A stretch of 64,000 bases of DNA from an uncultured Acidobacteriota bacterium (GTDB taxonomy: Bacteria; Acidobacteriota; Thermoanaerobaculia; UBA5066; Gp7-AA6), in assembly GCA_963764715.1 (NCBI GenBank), contig CAVXTP010000022.1:192001-256000 (forward strand), in the 5' to 3' direction. This document shows positions 1 through 10,261 of the stretch, in pieces; positions within the stretch are counted from its first letter, which is position 1; each line of letters starts with the position of its first letter. The notes below the pieces were generated by a model. The model was not told where the DNA came from. It ran no database searches and saw only the letters and a program-made list of their open reading frames with translations. The position numbers and the translations under genes are program-made.

Positions 1-1
1 C

Positions 2-409
2 GTCTGGAAGCGGGGGAGCGAGGAGCGTTCCCTGACGCTTTCGGCCGTGCGGCCCCATGGGCAGCGCCTCCTGCTGTCGTTCGAGGGGATCGACGGCCCG
101 GAGTCGGCGCGGACGCTGTCGGGCGGGGACCTCTGCGTGCCGGCGGCGGATGCCGCGCCCGCCCCGCCCGGCTTCTTCTACGACCACGAGGTCCGCGGCT
201 GGGCCTGCGAAGACGCCGGGGGACGCCGGCTCGGCGAGGCGGCCGGCCTGGAGAATACGCCGGCCGGTCCGCTGCTGTCGGTCGAGACACGGCCGGGCAA
301 GATCGCGCTCGTGCCTTTCGTGGAGGGCATCGTGCTCGAGGTGGACCGGGCCGGGCGCCGCATCGTTCTCGACCCGCCGGAAGGGCTGCTCGAGCTCGCC
401 GAAAGCTGA
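2..409 (+). CDS. rimM: 16S rRNA processing protein RimM (5' partial)
   Basis: Frame open from window start; C-terminal PRC-barrel-like motif (LVPFVEGIVLEVD...IVLDPPEGLL); directly upstream of trmD-rplS. Confidence 0.92.
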   Translation, partial: VWKRGSEERSLTLSAVRPHGQRLLLSFEGIDGPESARTLSGGDLCVPAADAAPAPPGFFYDHEVRGWACEDAGGRRLGEAAGLENTPAGPLLSVETRPGKIALVPFVEGIVLEVDRAGRRIVLDPPEGLLELAES

Positions 410-467
410 TCGCTGCCGGCCCTCGCCGCCGTCCGCGTGAGACTATGACGTCCGCGCGGAGCCTCCG

Positions 468-1184
468 ATGCAGATCGAGATCCTGACCATCTTCCCGGGC
501 TACTTCGCCTCGCCGCTCCGGGAGAGCCTCCTCGGCAAGGCGATCGCGGCGGGCCTGGTGGAAGTGACCGCCACCGACCTGAGGACGTTCGCGCTCGACC
601 GGCACCGCAAGGTCGACGACGAGCCTTACGGCGGCGGCGCGGGCATGGTGATGATCGCGCCGGTCGTCGCCGCCGCGATCGAGGCCCGCCGGGAGCCCCC
701 GGACACGCCCCGCGCCTGGACCGTGCTGATGGCGCCGGAGGGCGACCGGCTCGACCACGCGCGGGCTGCCGGCCTGGCGCGGCGGGACCGGCTGCTGCTC
801 GTCTGCGGGCGCTACGAGGGCATCGACGAGCGGGTCCGCGACCTCGGGTTGTACGACGAGGAAATCTCGCTGGGGGACTTCGTCCTGCCGGGCGGAGAGG
901 TGGCCGCCCTCGCCCTGATCGAGGCGGTGTCGCGGCTCGTGCCGGGCGTCGTCGGAGCGGCCGAATCCCTCGAGAACGAGTCGTTCCTGCGGGAGCGCCT
1001 GGACTATCCCCACTACACGCGGCCCCGCGAGTTTCGGGGCCTCGAGGTGCCGGAAGTCCTCCTCTCGGGGGACCACAGGCGAATCGAAGCCTTCCGGCGG
1101 TCGCGGGCGCTGGAGCGGACGCGCCGGAAGCGCCCGGACCTGCTCCTGAGGCGCCCGGAGGAGCCCGGGGAGCGGGGGGACTGA
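468..1184 (+). CDS. trmD: tRNA (guanine37-N1)-methyltransferase
   Basis: VDDEPYGGGAGMVM, CGRYEGIDER, SLGDFVLPGGE, YPHYTRP motifs. Confidence 0.97.
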   Translation: MQIEILTIFPGYFASPLRESLLGKAIAAGLVEVTATDLRTFALDRHRKVDDEPYGGGAGMVMIAPVVAAAIEARREPPDTPRAWTVLMAPEGDRLDHARAAGLARRDRLLLVCGRYEGIDERVRDLGLYDEEISLGDFVLPGGEVAALALIEAVSRLVPGVVGAAESLENESFLRERLDYPHYTRPREFRGLEVPEVLLSGDHRRIEAFRRSRALERTRRKRPDLLLRRPEEPGERGD

Positions 1185-1190
1185 GGCGGG

Positions 1191-1220
1191 TTGCCCGCGA
1201 GGGGCCCCTTCGATTAGAAT
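1191..1220 (+). promoter_or_regulatory. sigma70-like promoter upstream of rplS
   Basis: TTGCCC (1191-1196), 18-nt spacer, TAGAAT (1215-1220). Confidence 0.55.
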
Positions 1221-1267
1221 TCGCCGTTTCCTGACCGCTTTCGCGCTTGTTTTGGGAGAGCCTTGTC

Positions 1268-1624
1268 ATGACCGACCTACTGCTCGATATCGAAAAGCCG
1301 ACGCTCAAGAGCGGCGTGCCCGCGTTTTCCCCCGGCGACAGCGTCCGCGTGCACGTCAAGGTGCGCGAGGGCGAGAAGGAGCGCATCCAGCTCTTCGCCG
1401 GCGTCGTGATCGCCCGCCGCGGCGGCGGGGCCCGCGAGACCTTCACCGTCCGCAAGATGTCGGGCGGGATCGGTGTGGAGCGCGTCTTCCCGCTCCATTC
1501 GCCCATCATCGACAAGATCGACGTAGAGCGCCACGGGGCCGTGCGCCGGGCCAAGCTGTATTACCTCCGGGAGCGCAAGGGCAAGGCCGCGCGCATCGAC
1601 GAGAGGCAGACGGACCGCTCCTAG
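1268..1624 (+). CDS. rplS: 50S ribosomal protein L19
   Basis: [43 protein letters not shown]; ATG 1268 after GGAGAG. Confidence 0.97.
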   Translation: MTDLLLDIEKPTLKSGVPAFSPGDSVRVHVKVREGEKERIQLFAGVVIARRGGGARETFTVRKMSGGIGVERVFPLHSPIIDKIDVERHGAVRRAKLYYLRERKGKAARIDERQTDRS

Positions 1625-1636
1625 GCCCGTCCGGAC

Positions 1637-2329
1637 GTGAACTCCGACCCGCTCGCCGCATTCTTCGCGGAGCTGGGTCGCCTGCGCGAGCTGACGCGGG
1701 TCGAGTCCGAGCTCGTGCGGCGCGGATTCGCGCGGATCGCCGGGGTCGACGAGGCCGGCCGGGGCTCGCTCGCCGGGCCGGTGGTCGCCGCCGCCGTCGT
1801 GTTGCCGCCGGGTTGCCTCCTGCCCGGCATCGACGACTCCAAGAAGCTCGACGCGGAAGCGCGGGAGAAGCTCGCTCCCGAGATCCGCCGCCGCGCGGTC
1901 TCGGTGGCCGTCGGCGTCGTCTCGGCCCGGGACATCGACGCGGGCGACATCCTCCGGGCGAGCCTGCAGGCGATGCGGCTCGCCGTCGAGGCGCTTTCGC
2001 CCGCGCCGCAGGTCCTCCTCGTCGACGCGGTTTCGGTGCCCGGCGTCCGCATTCCTCAGATCCCCATCATTCACGGCGACGCGCTTTCGGCCTCGATCGC
2101 CGCGGCCTCGATCGTCGCCAAGGTGCACCGCGACGCCCTGCTCGACGACCTGGGGCGGCGGCATCCGGCCTACGGCTTCGAGCAGCACAAGGGCTACGGG
2201 ACGCCCGAGCACTGGGACGCCCTGCGGCGCTGCGGGCCGTGCGCGGAGCACCGTCTGACCTACCGGGGCGTCGTTCCGGAGCCCTCGGATGCGGCGATCC
2301 TCGGGCGTGCGGCGCGCGGTCGCGGTTAG
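1637..2329 (+). CDS. rnhB: ribonuclease HII
   Basis: GVDEAGRG.LAGPV, DSKKL, SIAAASIVAKV.RD, HKGYGT motifs; usual position after rplS. Confidence 0.95.
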   Translation: MNSDPLAAFFAELGRLRELTRVESELVRRGFARIAGVDEAGRGSLAGPVVAAAVVLPPGCLLPGIDDSKKLDAEAREKLAPEIRRRAVSVAVGVVSARDIDAGDILRASLQAMRLAVEALSPAPQVLLVDAVSVPGVRIPQIPIIHGDALSASIAAASIVAKVHRDALLDDLGRRHPAYGFEQHKGYGTPEHWDALRRCGPCAEHRLTYRGVVPEPSDAAILGRAARGRG

Positions 2330-2344
2330 AATCGACAGTTAGAA

Positions 2345-4936
2345 ATGGCGGTCAACCGCGAACAGGTCCTCCAGTCCGCCGAAAAGCTGCTCGCCAAAGG
2401 CAAGCTCGACCAGGCGCTCAAGGAATACCTCCGCGTCCTGGAGGACAACGCCAAGGACATCTCGACGCTCAACAAGGTGGGGGACCTCTACGTCCGGATG
2501 AACCGTCCGGCCGATTCGATCCCCTTCTTCACCCGGATCGCGGATTTCTACTCCCGGGACGGGTTCTTCCTGAAGGCCATCGCGATCTTCAAGAAGATCA
2601 ACAAGATCGACCCGGCGCAGCTCGAGGTCTACGACAAGCTCGCGGACCTGTACCACAAGCAGGGCCTCGTCCAGGACGCGCGCAGCCAGTACCAGGTCCT
2701 GGCCGACCACTACCAGAAGAACAACCGGGTCGCGGACGCCATCGCCGTCTACAAGAAGATGGCGGCGATCGACCCGGCCGACATGCGCATCCAGGTCCGG
2801 CTCGCGGACCTCTATCGCTCCGCCAACCAGAAGGACGAGGCCGTGATGCAGTACGGCCTCATCGGCTCGATGCTCCTGAAGCGGGGAGCGCACGACGAAG
2901 CCGCGCAGGTCTTCCAGAAGGCCCTCGAGCTCTCGCCCCACGACGTCGAGTCGCAGAAGAACCTGGTCCGGTCCCTCCTCGCTCAGAACAACACGGATGC
3001 GGCGATGGCCGTCCTCAAGGCCGCGCCGCGCACGGCCGAGAGCCTGGCCCTCTTCGCCGAGGCTCAGCTCGAGATGGGGCAGCGGGCCGAGGCGGTGCGG
3101 ACCGCCGAGCAGGCCCTCCAGCTCGACGCCGATGCCGAGGCGCCCCGCGTCTTTCTCTGCAAGCTGCGGATGCAGGAACAGGCCCCGGACCGCGCGGCCG
3201 CCGTGATCGGCCCGGCGGTCGACGCGGCCGTGGCGCGGCGGGAGTTCGCGCGGGCGGCCGACCTTCTCGAGCCGATCCTCTCGGCGGATCCGCACAACGT
3301 CGCCGCGCTCGAGAAGCTCGCCCACGTGCACGAGGCGGAGGGCAATCGGCCGGCGCTCGCCCGGGCGCACGTCCTGCTCGGCGAGGCGGCCGAGAAGCGG
3401 CAGGACCCGGGGGCCGCGCTCGACCACTACCGCCGGGCGCAGGAGGCCAACCCCGCCAACGTCCGGGCCGCCGAGAGAATCAAGGAGATCGGCGTTCCGA
3501 CGGAGGCCGCGCCGCCTTCGCCCCCGCCGGCGGAGACGCGGGCCGGCGGGACGGCGGAGGCGGCCCCCTCCGAGCCGGCCCCCGAGTCGGGCCCCGAGTC
3601 GGCCCCCGAATACCAGGAATTCGTGATCGACCTCGAGGACTCCGCCTCGATCCACGCGCCGCAGCCCAAGGTGCCCTCGATCGAATTCGAGCCGGGGCCC
3701 GCGGAAGCGGAGACGGCCGAGGCGGCGCCCGAGAGGCCGGTGAGGGAAGCCGCCGCCTCGTCGGCGGGCGAGGCCGTTCCCGTCGAGGACCAGCAGATCG
3801 AAACCCTGATCGTCGAGGCCGAGGTTTTCGCGAAGTACGGGCTCGTCGACAAGGCCATCGAGCGCCTTTTCTCCCTCGTCCGGCGGCGGCCCGACCTGCT
3901 CAAGGCGCGCGAGCGGCTCGTCGAGCTTCTGGCGGAGCAGAAGAACCCCGCGCTCCTGCGCGAAGCCGAATCGCTCGCCGCGGCCTACCGCGAGGCCGAT
4001 CAGCCCGGCGCGGCGCAGCGCATCCTGTCGATCGCCGGCCTGCCGCCCGGGGGGGCCGCGCCCGCGGTCGCGAAGACGATGCCGCCGGCGCCCGCGCCGG
4101 ACGAGGTCGAGTTCGAGGAGTTCGACATCGGGCAGGCCGTCTCTCCGCCCGGAGCGGCGGCCCCGGTGCCCCCGCCGGCCGAGGCGATCGACTTCGCCGA
4201 GACCCCGGGGGCGGGCGCGCCGATACCGTCCTTCGAGCGAATGGCGCCGCCGCCGCCGGAGGCGTCCGCGGACACGGAGTTCGTTTCCTACGAACAGCTC
4301 GGAAACCTCCTCGAGGACGAGATGCAGCGCGCGGGCGACAGTCCCGCCGCGGAGTCCGCCGAGTTGCCGCTGGTCGACGAAGCGAACCTCTTCGCCGACG
4401 AGCAGAAGTTCTTCAACCTCGCCGAGGAGCTCGAAAAGGAGCTCGGCGACGAGGCCGTGCCGGAGGAGTCCGGGGAGATCTCGACCCCGCAGGGCGAGGT
4501 CTCGCTCGAGGAGATCTTCCGCGAGTTCAAGAAGGGGGTCGAGCAGCAGCTCTCGGCCGAGGACTACGAGACGCACTACAACCTCGGCATCGCGTACAAG
4601 GAGATGGGGCTGGTCGACGAGGCGATCGGCGAGTTCCAGCTCGCGAGCAAGGACCCCGCGCGGGCCCTCGAGTGTTGCAGCATGCTCGGCCACTGCTTCC
4701 TCGAGAAGGGCATGCCGCAGCTGGCGATCAAGTGGTTCCGCAAGGGCCTCGAGACCCCCTCGATCCAGGAGGCCCAGACGACCGGGATGCTCTACGACCT
4801 CGCGGCCGTGTACCAGGACACCGGGGACACCGACATGGCCTACAAGACCTTCCAGGAGGTCTACGGCCTGAACGCGAACTACCGCGACGTCGTCCAGCGC
4901 GTCCGCGACCTCGAGGCCGTGCGGAAGAACGTCTGA
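2345..4936 (+). CDS. large tetratricopeptide-repeat protein (N-terminal TPRs, acidic Pro/Ala linker, C-terminal TPRs; possibly SgmX-like)
   Basis: Repeated TPR helices; C-terminal ETHYNLGIAYKEMGL..EAIGEFQ block; tandem PAPE-SGPE-SAPE 12-bp repeats at about 3575-3610. Confidence 0.8.
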   Translation: MAVNREQVLQSAEKLLAKGKLDQALKEYLRVLEDNAKDISTLNKVGDLYVRMNRPADSIPFFTRIADFYSRDGFFLKAIAIFKKINKIDPAQLEVYDKLADLYHKQGLVQDARSQYQVLADHYQKNNRVADAIAVYKKMAAIDPADMRIQVRLADLYRSANQKDEAVMQYGLIGSMLLKRGAHDEAAQVFQKALELSPHDVESQKNLVRSLLAQNNTDAAMAVLKAAPRTAESLALFAEAQLEMGQRAEAVRTAEQALQLDADAEAPRVFLCKLRMQEQAPDRAAAVIGPAVDAAVARREFARAADLLEPILSADPHNVAALEKLAHVHEAEGNRPALARAHVLLGEAAEKRQDPGAALDHYRRAQEANPANVRAAERIKEIGVPTEAAPPSPPPAETRAGGTAEAAPSEPAPESGPESAPEYQEFVIDLEDSASIHAPQPKVPSIEFEPGPAEAETAEAAPERPVREAAASSAGEAVPVEDQQIETLIVEAEVFAKYGLVDKAIERLFSLVRRRPDLLKARERLVELLAEQKNPALLREAESLAAAYREADQPGAAQRILSIAGLPPGGAAPAVAKTMPPAPAPDEVEFEEFDIGQAVSPPGAAAPVPPPAEAIDFAETPGAGAPIPSFERMAPPPPEASADTEFVSYEQLGNLLEDEMQRAGDSPAAESAELPLVDEANLFADEQKFFNLAEELEKELGDEAVPEESGEISTPQGEVSLEEIFREFKKGVEQQLSAEDYETHYNLGIAYKEMGLVDEAIGEFQLASKDPARALECCSMLGHCFLEKGMPQLAIKWFRKGLETPSIQEAQTTGMLYDLAAVYQDTGDTDMAYKTFQEVYGLNANYRDVVQRVRDLEAVRKNV

Positions 4937-4943
4937 GCGACCC

Positions 4944-5981
4944 GTGGCGGGTGAAGTCCTGAGCCCGCGGCCCGCCGCCGCCCCCGGAGACGCCCTCCTT
5001 CGCGTCGAAGACCTCCGCGTGGAGCTGCCGGTGGGCGGCCGGATGCTTCCCGCCGTCGACGGCGTCACCTTCGCGCTCTCCGAGGGCGAGAGCGTCGCGG
5101 TCGTGGGCGAGAGCGGGAGCGGCAAGACCCAGCTCGCCCGCGCGATCCTCGGCCTCTCGCCTCCGGGGGCCCGCGTCCGCGGCCGCCTGACGTTTCGCGG
5201 GGAAGAGCTCCTGGCACTGCCGGAGCGCCGGTGGCAGGCGCTGCGCGGGGCCGGGATCGGCATGGTGTTCCAGGAGCCCGCGGCGGCGCTCGACCCGGTG
5301 CGGACGATCGGCGCCGAGATCGGGGAGTCGGTTCGACTTCACTCGCGTGTCTCGCGCTCGCGCGCCCGCGAGCTCGCCCGGGCGGCCCTGGCGGAGGTCG
5401 CGTTTCCCGATCCGGAGGGCGGGCTGGACGAATACCCCCACCGGCTTTCGGGCGGGCTCCGACAACGCGCACACCTGGCCTCGGTTCTCGCCGCGGGACC
5501 CCGGCTGCTGCTCGCCGACGAACCGACGGCGTCGCTCGACGCGACCGTCGCGCGCGACATCCTGGAGCTTCTCGACCGGCTTCGCCGCGAGCGCGGGCTC
5601 ACGGTTCTCCTCATCACGCACGACCTCGGGGTGGTCGCGCGGCACTGCGACCGCGTCCTCGTCGTGTACGCCGGGCGGATCGTGGAGGAAGCGCCGACCG
5701 TGGCGCTCTTCCGGGCGCCCGGACATCCTTACACGCGCGGACTGCTGCGCTCGGTTCCCCGCCTCGCCGCCGTGGCGCGCCGGGCGGGCGAGCGCTACGA
5801 CGCCATCCCGGGAGCGCTCCCGGACCTGGGGGAGCGGCCCGGCGTGGGCTGCGCCTTCGCGCCGCGCTGCGGCGACCGCTTCGAGCCCTGCGACGTCCGC
5901 GAGCCCGAGCTCTACCCGACCGAGTCCGGCCGCGCCCGCTGCTTTCTTCACGACAGCCGGCCGCGCGCGCTCCGCGGATGA
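4944..5981 (+). CDS. oligopeptide/dipeptide ABC transporter ATPase (OppD/DppD-like)
   Basis: GESGSGKT, YPHRLSGG, ADEPT, HPYT and C-terminal GCAFAPRC. Confidence 0.9.
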   Translation: MAGEVLSPRPAAAPGDALLRVEDLRVELPVGGRMLPAVDGVTFALSEGESVAVVGESGSGKTQLARAILGLSPPGARVRGRLTFRGEELLALPERRWQALRGAGIGMVFQEPAAALDPVRTIGAEIGESVRLHSRVSRSRARELARAALAEVAFPDPEGGLDEYPHRLSGGLRQRAHLASVLAAGPRLLLADEPTASLDATVARDILELLDRLRRERGLTVLLITHDLGVVARHCDRVLVVYAGRIVEEAPTVALFRAPGHPYTRGLLRSVPRLAAVARRAGERYDAIPGALPDLGERPGVGCAFAPRCGDRFEPCDVREPELYPTESGRARCFLHDSRPRALRG

Positions 5982-6955
5982 GCGAGCCGCTGCTCTCGGT
6001 CGAGGCCCTCGAGAAGCGATTCGCCGTGCGCCGCGGCCTCTTCGGCACCGCGCGCGGAACGCTTCCGGCGCTTCGCGGCGTGGACTTCGAGATCGCGAGC
6101 CGCGAATCGTTCGCCCTCGTGGGCGAGTCGGGCAGCGGCAAGACGACGGCCGGACGCATCGTGGCCCGGCTGCTCGAGCCCGACGCCGGGACGATCCGCT
6201 TCGGGGGAACCGACTGGCTGGCTCTCGAAGGCCGGGAGCTCCGTCGACGGCGCCGGGAGCTGCAGGTCGTCTTCCAGGATCCCCAGTCGTCGCTCAACCC
6301 GCGGATGCGGGCCGGCGATCAGGTCGCCGAGCCGCTCCGCGTGCAGGGGCTCGCCCGCGGGCGCGCGCTGTCGGAGCGCGTCGACGCGCTGCTCGCGAGC
6401 GTCGGCCTCTCGGCGGGCGTTGGGTCGCGATTCCCGGCGGAGCTCTCCGGCGGGCAGCGCCAGCGGGTCGCGATCGCGCGCGCCCTCGCGACCGAACCCC
6501 GGCTGATCGTCTGCGACGAGCCCGTTTCGGCGCTCGACGTCTCCGTCGCCGCGCAGATCGTCAATCTCCTCATCGACCTGCGCGAGCGCTCCGGCCTCTC
6601 GTACCTCTTCATCTCCCACGACCTCGCCGTCGTCGCGCGGATCGCGGACCGCATCGGCGTGCTCTACCTCGGACGGATCGTCGAGGAGGGGTCCGTCGGC
6701 GAGGTGACGTCCCGCCCTCTCCATCCGTACACGGCCGCGTTGGTTGCGGCCGCCCCGGATCCGGACCCCGGTGCGACGCGCTCGCGTCCGGCCGTCGCGG
6801 GCGAGCCCCCGTCGGCGGGGCAGCCCCCGCCCGGCTGTCCCTTCCACCCCCGGTGCCCCATCGCCCGGGAGCGCTGCCGCGAGGAACGTCCGGAGCTCGC
6901 GCAAGTCGCGTCGGGACGCCGCGTTGCGTGCTTTTTTCCCGGCGAAATGCCGTGA
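5978..6955 (+). CDS. oligopeptide/dipeptide ABC transporter ATPase (OppF/DppF-like)
   Basis: ATG 5978 overlaps upstream stop; GESGSGKT, LSGGQRQR, CDEPVSALDVS, GCPFHPRC. Confidence 0.9.
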   Translation: MSEPLLSVEALEKRFAVRRGLFGTARGTLPALRGVDFEIASRESFALVGESGSGKTTAGRIVARLLEPDAGTIRFGGTDWLALEGRELRRRRRELQVVFQDPQSSLNPRMRAGDQVAEPLRVQGLARGRALSERVDALLASVGLSAGVGSRFPAELSGGQRQRVAIARALATEPRLIVCDEPVSALDVSVAAQIVNLLIDLRERSGLSYLFISHDLAVVARIADRIGVLYLGRIVEEGSVGEVTSRPLHPYTAALVAAAPDPDPGATRSRPAVAGEPPSAGQPPPGCPFHPRCPIARERCREERPELAQVASGRRVACFFPGEMP

Positions 6956-7021
6956 TATGAGGAGTTACCGAAACATTCGCCGGCCCGCTGCGTAAATTGG
7001 GGTGACATAAGGAGTCATGGC

Positions 7022-8725
7022 ATGAAGAGCTCGTTGAGGTTCCGGGGAGCGTGTGCGGCCGCGGCCGCCGGTCTCCTCATCGCGACGACCGCGGCGCTTC
7101 CGGCGCAGACGGCCGGCGCCGTCGTAAACGCCCAGCCTGGCCAGCGCACCGCGATGGCCGTTCCTGCGCCCGGGGCCGAAGGCGTTTCGCTGTCGCTCGA
7201 ACAGGCGATCCAGATCGCCATCGCCAACAACCAGGACCTGAACGTTTCGGTCAACTCTTCGGAAGCGTCGCAGTTCTTCCTCTTTCAGAACATGGGGATC
7301 TACGATCCGCTGCTGACGACCAACGTGCTGCGATCGCACACGGACCAGCCGACTTCGTCGAATCTCGCCGGCGCCGAGGTCCTGAAGAACGACAACTGGG
7401 ATGCGGACATCGGCCTGAACCAGCTGACGCCCTGGGGCGGCAGCGTCCGTTTCGGCCTGAGCGGTTCGCGCCTGCTGACGAACAACTCGTTCGCGAACGT
7501 GAACCCGGCCCTGCCCTCGGCCCTGTCGCTCAGCCTCTCCCAGCCCCTCCTGCGGAACTTTGGCCGCCTCCCGACCGAGATCAACATCTACATCGCGCGC
7601 AACAGCCGCGACGCGTCGTACCAGACACTCGTGCGCAGCGTCCAGACCGTCATCAACTCGGTCGAGCAATCCTACTGGGACCTCGTGTACGCGCGCGCGA
7701 ACCTCAAGGTGAAGGTCGAGGCCCGCGACATCGCCCGCGAGCTCAACCGCATCACGAAGATCAAGATCGACGTGGGCTCGCTCGCTCCGATCGACATCGT
7801 GCAGACCGAGGTCGGCATCGCGACGGCCGAGCAGGACATCATCAACGCCGATGCCGTCGTCGGCCTCGCCGAGGACCAGCTGCGCCGCGACCTGAACTAC
7901 GAGGCCGACACGCCGACGACCAATCACATCGTTCCGACCGACGAGTTGAAAGTCGAGCGGCGGCCCTACGATCTCGCGGAAGGCGTCCGGACCGCGCTGT
8001 CCCGCCGCCCCGAGATCGTGGCCCAGAATTACAACGTCGCGACGAACACGCTGCGCTACGACTACTGGAAGAACCAGACCATGCCGCAGCTCGACCTCGT
8101 GGCCGGCTACGGAAAGAACGGCCTGTCGGGCACCTTCTTCGACACCACCGTCAACCCGCCGGCCGTGACCGGCCGCGGTAACTGGTGGGACTCGGCCGAC
8201 CAGCTCTTCTCGGAGAACTTCAAGAACTGGCGGGTCGGGCTCGTCTTCTCGTACCCGATCCTCAATCGCGCCGCCAAGGGGGCGCGGGGCGTGGCGCAGT
8301 ACGACCTCGAGACGTCCAAAGCCGCGCTCACCGTCCTCGAGCAGGACATCGTGCTCAACGTGCGAAACGCCCATCGCGCGATCGTGACGGGAAGCCGCCA
8401 GATCGACGCGGCCGCCAAGGGGCAGGAGCTGGCCGAGCGCAACCTGGACGCCGCGCGCAAGAAGTACGACAACGGGATGACGACCTCGTTCGAGGTCTCC
8501 CAGATCCAGGTCCAGCTCTCGGACGCGCAGTCCAAGTACCTCAACGCCCTCGCCCTGTACCGCAAGGCGGTGTCGGCCTACCACCAGGCGATCGCCGACA
8601 TCCTCGACTGGAAGAACGTCAAGATCGAGGGGCTGCCCGAGATGACGCCCCCGCCGACCGTCGAGGCGCGCGCGGCCCTGATCGAGCGGGCCCTCGATCT
8701 CGGGACGCCCGCGGGCACCAAGTAA
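7022..8725 (+). CDS. TolC-family outer membrane channel
   Basis: Signal peptide, LSLEQAIQIAIANN, two OEP-like halves (VEQSYWDL; KKYDNGMTTSFEV). Confidence 0.88.
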   Translation: MKSSLRFRGACAAAAAGLLIATTAALPAQTAGAVVNAQPGQRTAMAVPAPGAEGVSLSLEQAIQIAIANNQDLNVSVNSSEASQFFLFQNMGIYDPLLTTNVLRSHTDQPTSSNLAGAEVLKNDNWDADIGLNQLTPWGGSVRFGLSGSRLLTNNSFANVNPALPSALSLSLSQPLLRNFGRLPTEINIYIARNSRDASYQTLVRSVQTVINSVEQSYWDLVYARANLKVKVEARDIARELNRITKIKIDVGSLAPIDIVQTEVGIATAEQDIINADAVVGLAEDQLRRDLNYEADTPTTNHIVPTDELKVERRPYDLAEGVRTALSRRPEIVAQNYNVATNTLRYDYWKNQTMPQLDLVAGYGKNGLSGTFFDTTVNPPAVTGRGNWWDSADQLFSENFKNWRVGLVFSYPILNRAAKGARGVAQYDLETSKAALTVLEQDIVLNVRNAHRAIVTGSRQIDAAAKGQELAERNLDAARKKYDNGMTTSFEVSQIQVQLSDAQSKYLNALALYRKAVSAYHQAIADILDWKNVKIEGLPEMTPPPTVEARAALIERALDLGTPAGTK

Positions 8726-8729
8726 CCGC

Positions 8730-9461
8730 ATGAGCGAGGCCGCGGGGGCGGCTCCTTCGCGAGGCGGGGACTCCGGCTCCGCCGTCGGGCGGCTGGTCGG
8801 AGTCTTCGTCTCGCCGGTCCGCACGTTCGCAGCGATCGCGGCGCGCCCGACCTGGCTGCTTCCCGTCGCGGTCGGGGCGGGCCTTTCGCTTCCCGTCTCC
8901 GAGCTGATCCTGTCGAAGACCGACTGGACCGCCGTTGTGTCGGCCCAGATCGCGAAGTCCGGCCGCCACCTTCCCGAAGCCCAGATCGAGCAGGCCGCGG
9001 AGCGCGCACAGCGTCTTTCCTGGCTGTGGGACATCATCGCGATCGCCGGGCCCGTCCTCGTGCTGTTCATCGTGGCCGCCGTGCTCTGGGGCGCGTGCAA
9101 CGCGTTCGCATGGGAAGTGAAATACCGGCAGTCCCTGGGCATCGCGTCGCATGCGTTCTTTCCCGGTATCCTGACGGCGCTCGGCCTGATGGTCGCTCTC
9201 TGGAACCGCCCGACCATCGATCCCCGGAGGGTCGGAGACGTCCTGCCGACCAACCTCGGGCACTTTGCCCCGGGCACCGACGAGGTGACCCATGGCCTGC
9301 TCTCGTCGATCGACCTCTTCTCCTTCTGGACCATGGCGCTGATCGTCCTCGGGCTGTCGGCCGCCGCGAAGGCGCCGCGGGGCCGGGTGGCGGCCCTGGT
9401 GGTCAGCCTCTGGGCCCTCTACGTCCTCGGGAAGGCCGGCGCCACGGCCCTGATGGGCTGA
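8730..9461 (+). CDS. Yip1-family (YknW-like) membrane protein
   Basis: GVFVSPVRTF..I..RP N-terminus, about 5 TM helices, SIDLFSFW motif. Confidence 0.75.
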   Translation: MSEAAGAAPSRGGDSGSAVGRLVGVFVSPVRTFAAIAARPTWLLPVAVGAGLSLPVSELILSKTDWTAVVSAQIAKSGRHLPEAQIEQAAERAQRLSWLWDIIAIAGPVLVLFIVAAVLWGACNAFAWEVKYRQSLGIASHAFFPGILTALGLMVALWNRPTIDPRRVGDVLPTNLGHFAPGTDEVTHGLLSSIDLFSFWTMALIVLGLSAAAKAPRGRVAALVVSLWALYVLGKAGATALMG

Positions 9462-9524
9462 TCGGGCGTCCCCGAAACAGGACGCCCGGAAATCCGTATA
9501 GACAGACAGAGAGGGCTCCGCCTG

Positions 9525-10247
9525 ATGCTGATCGACATTCGGGACATCACGAAGGTGTACGAGATGGGGGAGGAGAAGGTCCATGCCCTCTCGGGGGTCT
9601 CGCTCGGCGTCGAGCGGGGCGAGTACGTCGCGATCATGGGCCCCTCCGGCTCGGGAAAGTCGACGCTGATGAACCTCGTCGGCTGCCTCGACACGCCGAC
9701 GTCCGGCTCCTACGTCCTCAACGGCAAGGAAGTCGCGCGGATGACCGACGACGAGCTCGCCGCGATCCGGAACCAGGAAATCGGGTTCGTGTTCCAGACC
9801 TTCAACCTGCTGCCGCGCACGTCCGCGATCCAGCAGGTCGAGCTGCCGCTCGTCTACGCGGGCCTTCCGCGCAAGGAGCGCCGCGAGCGCGCCGTCAAGG
9901 CGCTGAAGGCCGTGGGCCTCGGCGACCGCATGAACCACACGCCCAACGAAATGTCGGGCGGCCAGCGTCAGCGTGTGGCCGTCGCTCGCGCGCTCATCAA
10001 CGATCCGTCGATCCTGCTGGCCGACGAGCCGACGGGGAACCTCGACTCGCAGACCGGCGCCGAGATCATGGCCCTCTTCGACGAGCTCAACGCGCGCGGC
10101 AACACGATCGTCGTCGTGACGCACGAGGAAGACATCGCCGCCCACGCGCGTCGCATCGTGCGCCTGAAGGACGGCAAGATCCGCGACGACCAGGTCAACG
10201 ACCGCAAGCGTTCGGCGCTCCGGTCCGGAGCCCCGGCGGCCGTCTAG
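9525..10247 (+). CDS. MacB/LolD-like ABC ATPase
   Basis: [37 protein letters not shown]. Confidence 0.92.
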   Translation: MLIDIRDITKVYEMGEEKVHALSGVSLGVERGEYVAIMGPSGSGKSTLMNLVGCLDTPTSGSYVLNGKEVARMTDDELAAIRNQEIGFVFQTFNLLPRTSAIQQVELPLVYAGLPRKERRERAVKALKAVGLGDRMNHTPNEMSGGQRQRVAVARALINDPSILLADEPTGNLDSQTGAEIMALFDELNARGNTIVVVTHEEDIAAHARRIVRLKDGKIRDDQVNDRKRSALRSGAPAAV

Positions 10248-10261
10248 CCGGGCGCGCGGTA

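Noticed and set aside
3575-3610. 12-bp tandem repeat as a phase-variation site
   Set aside because: In-frame, degenerate, within a low-complexity linker
1252-4962. 1236-aa alternative-frame ORF, and many similar long overlapping or antisense ORFs across the window
   Set aside because: Arg/Pro/Gly-rich shadow frames expected in very GC-rich DNA with few stop codons; each overlaps a recognisable gene
4944-6955. Orphan oppD/oppF pair as a novel system
   Set aside because: Separation of peptide-ABC ATPases from permease and SBP genes is common; nothing else unusual
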